Below, one piece after another: positions 45,651-54,790 of a stretch of DNA of 64,000 nucleotides (positions are counted from its first letter, which is position 1; the number at the start of each line of letters is the position of its first letter). The notes under the pieces are model-generated. The model had not been told where the DNA came from. It saw only the letters and a program-made list of their open reading frames with translations, and did no database searches. Made by a program: the position numbers and the translations under genes. Origin of the DNA: an uncultured Candidatus Binatia bacterium (GTDB lineage Bacteria > Desulfobacterota > Binatia > UBA9968 > CAXXLF01). The stretch spans positions 4,186,613-4,250,612 of the forward strand of contig OZ244621.1 of NCBI GenBank assembly GCA_965218425.1. The letters are read 5' to 3'.

Positions 45651-46469
45651 TTAAGCCACACGTTTGATCGAGTCATATGCCATTGGGGTGTGGTATCCCA
45701 ACGACTCATGCTTTCTTCTTCGGTTATAAAACAGTTCAATGTAGTCGAAGATATCCGACCTAGCGTCCTGCCTCGTCTTATAATCCTGATGGTGTACAAG
45801 TTCATTCTTTAGTGAGCTGAACAAACTCTCGACCACTGCATTGTCGTAGCAATTCCCTTTGCGGCTCATGCTGCGCACCACCCCATGGCGTTTGAGCAAC
45901 TCAACGTAGTGATTGCTAGCGTATTGGATTCCTTGGTCGCTATGGTGAATCAGCCCCGCCATAGGCTGGCGCTGTTCGATAGCCATCAGTAAAGCTTCAC
46001 TGACCAACTCCTGTGTGGGACGTTGCTTCATTGACCATCCCACCACCAGCCGAGAGTAAAGGTCCACCACTACCGCCAGGTATAACCACCCAGATCGGGT
46101 ACCAATGAAGGTAATATCGGCCATCCATACCTGGTCGGGGCCTGACGCTTCGAAGCGTTGACGCAACAAGTTCGGTGCCGGTGGCGCACTGTGACGAGCC
46201 TTGTAGGCCAATCGAAACCTTTGCACCCGACGCGTCTCTATCCCCACTAAACTCCTCAGCCTCGCCACCCCATGCTTCCCACATGTCACCCCCGCCTCCT
46301 TCAGCGTCAGCCATGTCTTGACTGCCCCGTACGCTTCCTTGTAGCTCTCGTGCACCTTGCGGATCTCTTTGATCACAACCTTATCCTGTGCTCTACGCCG
46401 AGACTCCCCTCGACCGCTCCAGTCGTAGTACCCACTACGACTGACCTCTAATACCTCGCACATCCTCAC
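45651..46469 (-). CDS. IS3-family transposase OrfB (DDE catalytic part; expressed as an OrfAB fusion)
   Basis: MCEVLEVSRSGYYDW, WMADITFI, HHSDQGIQYAS, GNCYDNAVVESLFSSLKNE. Confidence 0.9.
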   Translation of the reverse strand: MRMCEVLEVSRSGYYDWSGRGESRRRAQDKVVIKEIRKVHESYKEAYGAVKTWLTLKEAGVTCGKHGVARLRSLVGIETRRVQRFRLAYKARHSAPPAPNLLRQRFEASGPDQVWMADITFIGTRSGWLYLAVVVDLYSRLVVGWSMKQRPTQELVSEALLMAIEQRQPMAGLIHHSDQGIQYASNHYVELLKRHGVVRSMSRKGNCYDNAVVESLFSSLKNELVHHQDYKTRQDARSDIFDYIELFYNRRRKHESLGYHTPMAYDSIKRVA

Positions 46470-46510
46470 TACCCTAAACTCTGTCCTGTGAGCTCGTATA
46501 AACGCGTACT

Positions 46511-46801
46511 TTACTTGAGCTCCTTGGCAAAGTACGCTGCGGCCTTTTTTAATATATCTCGTTGTTCCGTTACCCGCTCCAGCTCTCGCCTTAACCGTGC
46601 TACCTCATCGTTGTCTCTACCTCGACCTGTGCCGGGAAACGCAGCCGCCCCTTTCCTCGTCACTTGCTCCTGCCACTTGTACAGTCGATTGCGAGGTACT
46701 CCCAGTTCCCGTGCAATCTCCGCTGCTGGCCGAGCGCCCGCCTCCAGCAGTCGAACAGCTTCCAACTTAAACTCTTGGGTGAAACGCCTTCGCTTGCCCA
46801 T
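46511..46801 (-). CDS. IS3-family transposase OrfA (HTH)
   Basis: MGKRRRFTQEFKLEAVRLLEAGARPAAEIARELGVPRNRLYKWQ...LERVTEQRDILKKAAAYFAKELK. Confidence 0.9.
   Translation of the reverse strand: MGKRRRFTQEFKLEAVRLLEAGARPAAEIARELGVPRNRLYKWQEQVTRKGAAAFPGTGRGRDNDEVARLRRELERVTEQRDILKKAAAYFAKELK
46544..46550 (-). other. Programmed -1 frameshift heptamer A_AAA_AAG of the IS3 element
   Basis: In the OrfA frame: ATA TTA AAA AAG GCC. After a -1 slip the frame reads KKGRSVLCQGAQVKYAFIRAHRTEFRVVRMCEVLEVSRSGYYDW and joins OrfB. Confidence 0.8.
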
Positions 46802-46867
46802 CGAACACCTCCTGCGGGGATCTTGTCCCCTTTTTAGGTGTCCGTCAAACCTGGGCTACCTCAGGTA

Positions 46868-48355
46868 TCATTCCAACCCGAACTCCTTCCAGCGTGAAAG
46901 GAGGCGGGATTTCAGTTCGTTGGTGACTTTGTTCACAGGCTTGAATCTCACGATTTCTCCACCCGGTCCCCGCTTGGCCCGGAAGGTAGCATCGATGACC
47001 ACGCTTGAAGTCTTCCCTCCATAAAGATCTGTAAGCGGATCGTGCGGGGACGGCCGGTCCCTTGGACCAACCCGCATATGCACATCCGGCATGACACCCT
47101 GCATGACCCTCCACAGGACGTCGTCCCAGTCTCGGACGTCGCAGTCCTCATCCACCAGAATGGTCCACCGGGGCATGCGGTTATCGTAGGCTTCCGGGGC
47201 GCCACGCAGGTTCTGGATCACGTAGTCCACCTCTTGCGGAGAGTTCACACGGACTCCGATTACGGCCATCAAAGCGTGGCTTGCCCCCACGTGGTCCGGG
47301 ATATAAATGTCGGTGATTTGCTCGATGTGGCTGTTGCTCTCGCGAAACGCGTCAGTAAAGAGCCACTTTGGGTAGTCCTCATGTTGGCGACAGATGAGAC
47401 CGTAGCTGAGGGGCTTCTTTCGATGGGTAATACACGTGACCTTTATGAGGAACGCTAGATCACTGTGCGAATAAAATCCTGGAGACTCGCCGTGGGGTCC
47501 CTCCGAAGTGCGAATTTGGGGCACCACCTCCCCTTCAATGATTATCTCGGCGGAGGCTGGTACCAGGAGGGAAGGATCTGTTACGCAGCGGACCAGAGGG
47601 ACGGCCTCTCCCCCCAACGCACCGGCCAAGGCGTATTCAGCGTGGGGATACTCTTTCGAGGGTACGGATTGAGCGCCGCTATAGGTCAGGCGCGGATCCA
47701 TGCCGAGCGCTAGGGCAATGGGAGTTGGCTTACCCTTCGTTTCATTCTGATGAACATGGAACGCGGTGCCGTATCCCCTTGGTGACTGGCCGAAAGGAAG
47801 TCCGCGAGCATTGAGGGTTAAGCTCCTTTTGTCTTTAATCATCGCCCGATAGAGACCGTAGTTGGTATACCCCGTTTCTAGGTCGGCGGTGACCACAGCC
47901 GCCGTGGTGCCAATGTACTGACCACCGTCTCCTTCGTGCCACCAGGGAGTTGGGAACTGATAGAGGTTCACGTCATCGCCCCTGTGTACTTCCTCCTGGC
48001 AAAGGCCGGTCTCCACCACCACCGGTGGAATCAGGTTATCTTTCGCTTCTCTGACCTTTCGAATGATCGCCCCGCCGTCCGGAGGTGTACCAAAGCCCAG
48101 ACCCAACTTCTCGGCACTGTCCATAAGGTTGGTGACCAGCGAATGACCTGGATAGCCCTTGATATTCTCGAACAGCAACGCCGGTCCATTGCGGTCCAAA
48201 GTGATGGCGGAAATGGCACCCAACTCGTGCTTGAGGTCCACTTCTGCCGTAATATGTTTAAGCAGGCCAGCCTCCTCCAGAGTCGACACGTAGCCTCGCA
48301 AGTCCTCGTTTCCAACCTTTGTGCTTGTTGTCGCCTGTAGTTTATTTTTTGCCAT
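46868..48355 (-). CDS. UbiD-family (prenylated-FMN-dependent) decarboxylase
   Basis: Start moved to ATG 48355 (MAKNKLQATT...) because the candidate promoter at 48411-48440 lies inside the longer ORF. LRGYVSTLEEAGLLKHITAEVDLKHELGAISAITLDRNGPALLFENIKGYPG. Confidence 0.8.
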   Translation of the reverse strand: MAKNKLQATTSTKVGNEDLRGYVSTLEEAGLLKHITAEVDLKHELGAISAITLDRNGPALLFENIKGYPGHSLVTNLMDSAEKLGLGFGTPPDGGAIIRKVREAKDNLIPPVVVETGLCQEEVHRGDDVNLYQFPTPWWHEGDGGQYIGTTAAVVTADLETGYTNYGLYRAMIKDKRSLTLNARGLPFGQSPRGYGTAFHVHQNETKGKPTPIALALGMDPRLTYSGAQSVPSKEYPHAEYALAGALGGEAVPLVRCVTDPSLLVPASAEIIIEGEVVPQIRTSEGPHGESPGFYSHSDLAFLIKVTCITHRKKPLSYGLICRQHEDYPKWLFTDAFRESNSHIEQITDIYIPDHVGASHALMAVIGVRVNSPQEVDYVIQNLRGAPEAYDNRMPRWTILVDEDCDVRDWDDVLWRVMQGVMPDVHMRVGPRDRPSPHDPLTDLYGGKTSSVVIDATFRAKRGPGGEIVRFKPVNKVTNELKSRLLSRWKEFGLE

Positions 48356-48410
48356 TGCCTGATCCCTCTCGAATCGCCCCTGTTCGACGACTGACCTTGA
48401 TTCAGGGGAT

Positions 48411-48440
48411 ATCTTATGCGGGATAGTACTCACTTGTCAA
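48411..48440 (-). promoter_or_regulatory. Candidate promoter (minus strand) GAAATTGACA-18 nt-TAAGAT for the UbiD gene
   Basis: The reverse complement reads ATCAGAAATTGACAAGTGAGTACTATCCCGCATAAGAT, a near-duplicate of 25991-26024. Confidence 0.55.
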
Positions 48441-48460
48441 TTTCTGATGTTCCGGTACCG

Positions 48461-48605
48461 CAACCTACCCAATGCCCACTGTCTTTCTCTACCTTTTTCC
48501 CTCTTCTCCCAACACTCAACACTGAACACTGAATTCTTGATAGTTCACTGCATACTGCCCACTGCCCCCTATCCCCCACCCCCTACACCCAACTCCCTGC
48601 ACCTA
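48461..48605 (+). repeat. Pyrimidine-rich mosaic intergenic repeat, copy E
   Basis: AACACTCAACACTGAACACT (48511-48530), CATACTGCCCACTGCCCCC, CTATCCCCC, CCCTACACCCAACTCCC. Confidence 0.65.
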
Positions 48606-48614
48606 TACATGGGC

Positions 48615-48642
48615 TTGACATTAGGGGCCACCTAAATATACT
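48615..48642 (+). promoter_or_regulatory. Candidate promoter TTGACA-16 nt-TATACT for the Rieske oxygenase/ABC importer operon
   Basis: -35 at 48615-48620 and -10 at 48637-48642. Confidence 0.5.
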
Positions 48643-48750
48643 GCTCGGGTTCATTAGCTTTACCGGCGACTCGGCTTATCGCCTGCATAGGTGGAAGTCA
48701 ACTATTTGGTACCGCCTCGAGTTGGAGGCCCAAGGGAGGGTGAATACCTG

Positions 48751-49953
48751 ATGCTCACTAGGGAAGATAACGAGTCATTGACCCGTGTGGGGCCCGGCAC
48801 ACCCATGGGCGAACTGCTCCGGCGCTACTGGCACCCGGTGGCTGTTGCAAATGAACTGACCGACGAAAACCCCACAAAGTTTGTTCGTATCCTAGGGGAA
48901 AACCTGGTGCTGTTTCGCGATAAGACAGGCCGGGTGGGTCTCCTGGAGGACCGTTGTGCCCATCGTGGCGCTTCATTAGTTTACGGACGGGTTGAGGAGC
49001 GGGGAATCGCCTGCGCCTATCACGGTTGGCTCTATGACACGCAGGGGAATTGTTTAGAAACTCCACCCGAACCTGCCGAGAGCAAATTCAGACTTACCAT
49101 CAAGCAAAAGGCCTACCCGGTGCAGAAGCTCACTGGCCTGTACTGGGCGTACCTTGGGCCCATACCCGGCACAGCGCTCCCGAAGTACGATGTTCTTGCG
49201 CGCACGGACGGCAAGCGGCGCATTAACGTCCACTCCATGCTGGATTGCAACTGGCTACAGACCGTGGAGAACTCCGTGGATCCGACTCACGCGCCCATTC
49301 TGCACCAGGACACCGCGGGCCGCATCGCACGCCCGGTTAACACTACCCGCGGCTTCATCGACGACCAGCCCAGCTTCGAATTCTGGTTGGTGCCTTATGG
49401 GATCATGAAACGGCGTAACTTCCGCAATGGCGAGAGTGATGAGCACCCTCTCATCTTCCCCAACATACTGCGCACTGGTGGAACTGCCCAAATCCGAGTA
49501 CCCGTGGACGACACCCACACATGGCGGGTGGACGTCAACTTCCAGCCGACCCCGGACGGGAGCGAAGATCCCTCCGCTGAGGAGCCCGTGGTAGTCTACC
49601 GGGAGCCCTACAAAGATCCGCCCGATCGCCGGCATCCATTCGCCCGCTGGAAGATGGACACCGTCGCGCAGCAGGACCACATGGCATGGGAGACTCAGGG
49701 GCCCATAGCCGACCGGACCGTTGAGCGCCTCAGCCATTCGGACCGGGCCGTCGTGTTCCTGCGCCAGCTCATGCTGGAGAACATCGAGAAGGTAAGGCGG
49801 GGCATGGACCCCTTCGCTGTGATCCGCGATCCAGATCATCCCATTATCGATACGAGCACGTCACAGGATCTTCATTTCAGCGGCGGAAAAACGGGGGCGG
49901 GTCGTCCCTATGGCCTCACCACCGGAACCGTGGCCCCCCGCGCCCGGCAGTAA
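48751..49953 (+). CDS. Rieske [2Fe-2S] aromatic ring-hydroxylating oxygenase, alpha subunit
   Basis: AAGGGAGGGTGA upstream of ATG 48751. Rieske motif CAHRGASLVYGRVEERGIACAYHGW. Mononuclear-iron region ENSVDPTHAPILH. Confidence 0.85.
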   Translation: MLTREDNESLTRVGPGTPMGELLRRYWHPVAVANELTDENPTKFVRILGENLVLFRDKTGRVGLLEDRCAHRGASLVYGRVEERGIACAYHGWLYDTQGNCLETPPEPAESKFRLTIKQKAYPVQKLTGLYWAYLGPIPGTALPKYDVLARTDGKRRINVHSMLDCNWLQTVENSVDPTHAPILHQDTAGRIARPVNTTRGFIDDQPSFEFWLVPYGIMKRRNFRNGESDEHPLIFPNILRTGGTAQIRVPVDDTHTWRVDVNFQPTPDGSEDPSAEEPVVVYREPYKDPPDRRHPFARWKMDTVAQQDHMAWETQGPIADRTVERLSHSDRAVVFLRQLMLENIEKVRRGMDPFAVIRDPDHPIIDTSTSQDLHFSGGKTGAGRPYGLTTGTVAPRARQ

Positions 49954-50033
49954 GGACAGTGCGGCCAGTGCAGCTAGCGCCCCCACTGGCAACGAGAGGA
50001 GTTTTTGACGAAGTTCGAGGAGGTTTCGCTGTT

Positions 50034-51353
50034 ATGAGAATGAAACGAGGACTTATAACCAAGGTTGGATATTTAGTGATAACGTTTGCCCTATTGCCGA
50101 TCTGGCCGACACGGGCGACCGTGAGGGAGACCCGAGCCGCCGAGCCGGATGCCAAATTCCAGGCCAAGTGGAAAGCGTTGATCAAGGCGGCTAAAGGCGA
50201 AGGCAAGATGGTTTCCGTTACCACGGGCCGCGGCGGCCTGGAGATGGCACCGATTTTAAGAACATTTTCAAAAAAGTTTGGTGTCAGGGTGGTGATATCG
50301 CGTGGCTCGGGCCGGGAACAGGCCAATCGGGTTTTGGCGGAGCAACGCGCGGGCCGGTTCACCGTGGATACGATCCAGACAGGCAAGTCCACAATGAACT
50401 TGCGCTATGTCCCCAACAAGGCCCTCCAGCCCATCGAGCCTCTTCTCTTCCACCCTGAAGTGGTGGACAAGTCCAATTGGTACGGGAACCAGTTTTGGTA
50501 CGTGGACGCGCCCCAGCGGTACATCTTTGTCTACGCTGCCGACCTGGACTGCGAGGGAGGCGTCAGCACTAGCGTTTGGTGGAACACCAAATTGGTGAGC
50601 GTGAAAGAGGCAGCGTCATGGAAGAGCGATTGGGATATCCTGAGCGAGAAGTACGCGGGGAGGTTGGTGGTGAGAAGCCCCTTGGATGCTGGCGCCATGG
50701 GAAACATCGCCGGTACCTATGTTGAAAGGGGCCCCAATTACCTGCAGCGCCTGTACGGAGACCCCACGCTCAAGATCTTTTACACCAACGACGTCAACGT
50801 CATGACCGACGGCATCGCGAAGGGGCGTTTTCACGTGGGGATCAGCATGGGCCGCCACGGGCTAAACAGGCTCCGTGACTTCGGTGCGCCGGTGCAAGAC
50901 TACAGGACTGCAGCGAACGAAAACGGCTGGAAGGCGGGCGAAGATTTGTGCGACCTCACGGATCACGGCATAGACGGAACCATCACCGTTGCCCGGAACA
51001 ATCCCCATCGAAACGCAACGAAGCTCTTTTTGAACTGGCTTTTGAGTCGTGAAGGGCAAACCCTCATTCAGGCCACAAAGAAAGTCGAAAGCCTGCGACC
51101 GGACGGGTTGCACACACGCCAGACGCTGCGTACAGACGGGATTCCGCCCGGCCTGGTGGACCCAGTTACCGCGTTCAGCTACGACAAGGAGTTCATTGGG
51201 CTTGACTTTGATCCCAACGCCGAGAAGCTGCGGGAGGCCGTGACCAAGTGGGTGCGAGCCATTCACCGGGAGGCGTACTTCGGGGGCCCTTCAGCACCTC
51301 CACCGCCCGGGTTGCCGGAAAAGTTCGGAGAGTTCAAAAAGTACTGGCGCTAG
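50034..51353 (+). CDS. ABC transporter substrate-binding protein, paralog 4
   Basis: GAGGAGG upstream of ATG 50034. Signal peptide MRMKRGLITKVGYLVITFALLPIWP. NNPHRNATKLFLNWLLSREGQ. Confidence 0.8.
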   Translation: MRMKRGLITKVGYLVITFALLPIWPTRATVRETRAAEPDAKFQAKWKALIKAAKGEGKMVSVTTGRGGLEMAPILRTFSKKFGVRVVISRGSGREQANRVLAEQRAGRFTVDTIQTGKSTMNLRYVPNKALQPIEPLLFHPEVVDKSNWYGNQFWYVDAPQRYIFVYAADLDCEGGVSTSVWWNTKLVSVKEAASWKSDWDILSEKYAGRLVVRSPLDAGAMGNIAGTYVERGPNYLQRLYGDPTLKIFYTNDVNVMTDGIAKGRFHVGISMGRHGLNRLRDFGAPVQDYRTAANENGWKAGEDLCDLTDHGIDGTITVARNNPHRNATKLFLNWLLSREGQTLIQATKKVESLRPDGLHTRQTLRTDGIPPGLVDPVTAFSYDKEFIGLDFDPNAEKLREAVTKWVRAIHREAYFGGPSAPPPPGLPEKFGEFKKYWR

Positions 51354-51407
51354 TTCCCGGTGCGGCTCCGGTTGGTCAACCCCATGGAGTGAGCTAGGAG
51401 AAGACTC

Positions 51408-53189
51408 TTGAACACCGCCACCAGAGCGCGTTTCCCGGCCCTCCAATGGTTCAAGCCCGAGAAGGGCACCTACATCGTTGTTTGCCTGATCCTGGTCCTG
51501 GGTTTTTTTCTCATCTACCCCGTCTTCCTGATCCTGGGCCTTAGTTTCAATACAGCCGCACATTTCTTCGTGGGAGAGCCTAAATGGGGCCTGGACAATT
51601 GGCGGATTGCCTTCACCCAACCCGGTCTGTTGCAGGCCCTTTTCAATACCGTCTGGCTCTGGGTCCTGTCAGCCGCCGTGTCGTTTCCCGTGGCCATCGC
51701 TACCGCGTGGCTGCTGGCGCGGACCCGGCTCCCCTTCAGCCACGGCCTCGAGTTCCTGTTCTGGGTGGCCTATGTCACGCCGGGAGGGTTGATCGCCTGG
51801 ATCATGCTCCTCGACCCAAGCATTGGGCTCTTGAACGTGGGGCTCGAGATGCTTCCCTTCATCGACAAAGGACCCTTCAACATCTTCAGCATTCCAGGCA
51901 TCATTTTTGTGAACGTTGTGGGCTCGGGGATTTCGGTGAAGGTGATGCTGCTAACGCCGGCGTTTCGGAATATGGATGCAGCACTTGAAGAGGCGGCCCG
52001 GGTTGGTGGGGCCACCAGCTTCCGGACCATGCTCAAGATCACGGTTCCCCTGATGATCTCCCCCATCGCCCTGGTCTTTGCTCTCCAACTGGTAAAGATA
52101 TTCAACAGCTTCGAGACCGAGCTGGTGCTCGGTTTGCCCATTGGCTTCTTTGTTTACTCCACAAAACTTTACGATCTCGTGCGCATGCACGAGCCCCCGC
52201 TCTATGGGCAGGCCACCGCGCTGGCAAGCCTCACCCTGGTCCTCATCACGTTTATCATTCCGTTACAGCGCTGGATCCTTCAACGGCGCCGGTACACCAC
52301 CATCACAGGAAACTTCAAGCCTGGACTGATCGACCTTGGGCCGTGGAAATGGCCGGCCTTTGGGGGGATTCTCTTCTATCACCTTTTCACCACTTTTCTG
52401 CCCCTGGCCGTCATGCTTGTGGGAAGCTTCATGACCAGGGTGGGGTACTTCAATCTGAATCAAGTGTTTACTCTTAACCACTGGCGATTCGTATTGAACG
52501 ATCCGCTGTTCTTCACCGGTCTCAAAACAACTTTGATCATAGCTTCCACCACGGCCATCATCAGCCCGGTGCTCTTCTCCATAATCGCATATATCATCGT
52601 GCGGACCCGGTGGCGCTTCCGCCTGGGCATCGACGGCGTGATATGGGTTTCCGCCGCCATCCCCGGCATGCTTTCCAGCCTCGGACTGCTCTTGATCTTT
52701 TTATGGACACCGGGTCTGAGTTTTTTCTATGGCACCATCTGGGCCCTGCTCGTTGTGGTCATTCTTCAGGGCAACACCACCGGGGTGAATATTTCCAAAG
52801 GCTCCATCGTCCAGGTGGGATTCGAGATGGAAGAGGCCGCACGGGTCTCAGGCATGGGGTGGTTCGACACGTTTTTCAAGATATGGGTCCCGCTCTTGAT
52901 GCCAACCCTGGCCCTGCTTGCCCTCTTGAATTTCAACATCGCGGCCGGCACCACCGCCAGCATCATCTTGCTGGCGTCGCGCGAGACCATCACGGTTTCC
53001 ATCCTGATCCTGGAGTGGCTGCTGCCCGGGGGAGGGCTGCGTGAGGCTGCGGCGGTGGCGCAGATCATCCTCGGGTTGATCACCTTGCTGACCGCATGTG
53101 CTCTTCGACGCTATAGCATCGCCAGGAGCGTGAGCAATGCATACAAGGACAAGGCCCGCACCGGACCGGAACAGGGATTTTTTGGCTAG
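51408..53189 (+). CDS. Two-domain (12-TM) ABC importer permease (FbpB-type)
   Basis: TTG start (AGGAG 7 nt upstream). Two EAA loops: EEAARVGGATSFRTMLKITVPL and EEAARVSGMGWFDTFFKIWVPL. Confidence 0.85.
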   Translation: MNTATRARFPALQWFKPEKGTYIVVCLILVLGFFLIYPVFLILGLSFNTAAHFFVGEPKWGLDNWRIAFTQPGLLQALFNTVWLWVLSAAVSFPVAIATAWLLARTRLPFSHGLEFLFWVAYVTPGGLIAWIMLLDPSIGLLNVGLEMLPFIDKGPFNIFSIPGIIFVNVVGSGISVKVMLLTPAFRNMDAALEEAARVGGATSFRTMLKITVPLMISPIALVFALQLVKIFNSFETELVLGLPIGFFVYSTKLYDLVRMHEPPLYGQATALASLTLVLITFIIPLQRWILQRRRYTTITGNFKPGLIDLGPWKWPAFGGILFYHLFTTFLPLAVMLVGSFMTRVGYFNLNQVFTLNHWRFVLNDPLFFTGLKTTLIIASTTAIISPVLFSIIAYIIVRTRWRFRLGIDGVIWVSAAIPGMLSSLGLLLIFLWTPGLSFFYGTIWALLVVVILQGNTTGVNISKGSIVQVGFEMEEAARVSGMGWFDTFFKIWVPLLMPTLALLALLNFNIAAGTTASIILLASRETITVSILILEWLLPGGGLREAAAVAQIILGLITLLTACALRRYSIARSVSNAYKDKARTGPEQGFFG

Positions 53190-53337
53190 TCCGCGCAGAG
53201 GCGGGCTCCGGGATATGTCGAAATTCAAGACTCAAGACTCGACCGCATTGACAAACCACCAGAATAAAGGCGAATGAGAATTAAATTTCTAAGAACTGAC
53301 GCCCATCAACACCCTCTTAACTTTCAGGAAAAACGCG

Positions 53338-53589
53338 TTGACTACGCCGACCCTGGCTCTGTTAGCGCTCCTGAGCTTCTTCATCGCCGCCAATACCACC
53401 GCCAGCATCATCTTGCTGGCCTCCCGGGAGACCATCACCGCCTCGATCCTCATTCTGGAATGGCTCTTCCCCGGAACAGGTCTCCGCGAGGCGACGGCGG
53501 TGGCACAGATCATTCTCGGTTCCATCACGCTTATTATCGCGCTGGTGGCGCGGCACTACGGCATCATCTTGGGCGTGCGACACAATTAG
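53338..53589 (+). pseudogene. C-terminal remnant (~83 codons) of a paralogous ABC permease
   Basis: PTLALLALLSFFIAANTTASIILLASRETITASILILEWLFPGTGLREATAVAQIILGSITLII aligns with the end of 51408-53189 (PTLALLALLNFNIAAGTTASIILLASRETITVSILILEWLLPGGGLREAAAVAQIILGLITLL). The DNA is also visibly similar. No upstream body is present. Confidence 0.8.
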
Positions 53590-53663
53590 GAAGGTTCGAG
53601 AAATTAAAACCCATAGACCCCATTGGTTCACCCGAAGCCAATCCACGTAAAGGAGACCAGACC

Positions 53664-54737
53664 ATGAAAAGTATACTTGATTTCATCATAGTTCTGTTCT
53701 GTGGCATAGCCCTCACTTTAGCATGCCCGCTTCGGGCCTCCGCATCCACGTTCTATCAGGGCAAGACCATCGTTATAGCCCAGGGCGGAGGTAATCCCGG
53801 AGGTACTGCTGATGCCCGAACCCGTTCAGTGGTTCCGTACCTGCGCAAGCACATCCCGGGTAGTCCTAACATCGTTCTCCAGTACATGACGGCCGCGGGC
53901 GGCATCATGCACGCAAATTACATGTCCAAGAGAGTCAAACGGGACGGACTAACCATCGGCGTGTTTCCATCCAGTGTCTTTGGCCATAGTGTCCTCGGCA
54001 CACCCGGAGTCCAATATGACCTAAATGACTTTATATTCCTTGGTTCCCCTATTGGAGGTGGGGGCCCCTACACTTTAGTAATCCGACCGGAGTTAGGACT
54101 GGACACTGTGGAGAAGCTCAAGAGTCATAAAGGACTCCGTTTTGCCGCACGGTCCGTGGGACATACCATGTATATCCTTGGCCGGGTCATGGCATTTGTG
54201 CTTGAGCTTCGGGAACCAAGATGGATCGTCGGGTACCAGAGTGCCGAGCTCGTGCCGGCACTAGAACGCGGCGAAGCTGACGCCAGACCCAACAGCATTC
54301 CCTCCGTTCTCCGTCAAACACCGCACTGGTTGAAGGAAGGGTTTGGCTTCCCCATTGTTATGAAGGACGCGAAAGGGCGAGGTGCAGCGCAGGTGCCTGA
54401 ATTTCCGCAGGGCCTGCCTGTGTTGGATCAATATGCCGATACGGAATTAAAGCGCGCCATCATCAATTTACGAAATGACATCAGGCCTGCGGGCAATGTT
54501 TTCATGGTTCCGAAAGGCACTCCGCCCGAGGCTTTGAATACCTTGCACGAAGCCTTTCGCAGGATTTGGGCGGACCCTCAGTTTGCCAAAGACTTTAAGA
54601 AATTGACCAAAGAGCCGGCAAATCCCACCACAGGAAAGACTATTGAGCAGGCGGTCCGAAGGATGCCCAAGGATCCGAAGCTCATATCGATTTACAAACA
54701 GATTGCAGGACCCGGGCCACTGCCTCCTAGCAGGTAG
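53664..54737 (+). CDS. TctC/Bug-like periplasmic substrate-binding protein
   Basis: AAAGGAG lies 8 nt before ATG 53664. Signal peptide MKSILDFIIVLFCGIALTLACPLRASA. FYQGKTIVIAQGGGNPGGTADARTR. Confidence 0.75.
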   Translation: MKSILDFIIVLFCGIALTLACPLRASASTFYQGKTIVIAQGGGNPGGTADARTRSVVPYLRKHIPGSPNIVLQYMTAAGGIMHANYMSKRVKRDGLTIGVFPSSVFGHSVLGTPGVQYDLNDFIFLGSPIGGGGPYTLVIRPELGLDTVEKLKSHKGLRFAARSVGHTMYILGRVMAFVLELREPRWIVGYQSAELVPALERGEADARPNSIPSVLRQTPHWLKEGFGFPIVMKDAKGRGAAQVPEFPQGLPVLDQYADTELKRAIINLRNDIRPAGNVFMVPKGTPPEALNTLHEAFRRIWADPQFAKDFKKLTKEPANPTTGKTIEQAVRRMPKDPKLISIYKQIAGPGPLPPSR

Positions 54738-54790
54738 TGATCGAACTACGTCTGACTTATATGAGAGCGATCAACGCCAGGAGATAAGTA

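Larger units (their letters stand above)
45621..46863 (-). mobile_element. IS3-family insertion sequence (1243 bp)
   Basis: OrfA and OrfB with a frameshift site. Imperfect ~35-bp terminal inverted repeats beginning TGA(A/G)G (45621-45655 vs the reverse complement of 46829-46863). 3-bp direct repeat GGT at 45618-45620 and 46864-46866. Confidence 0.9.
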
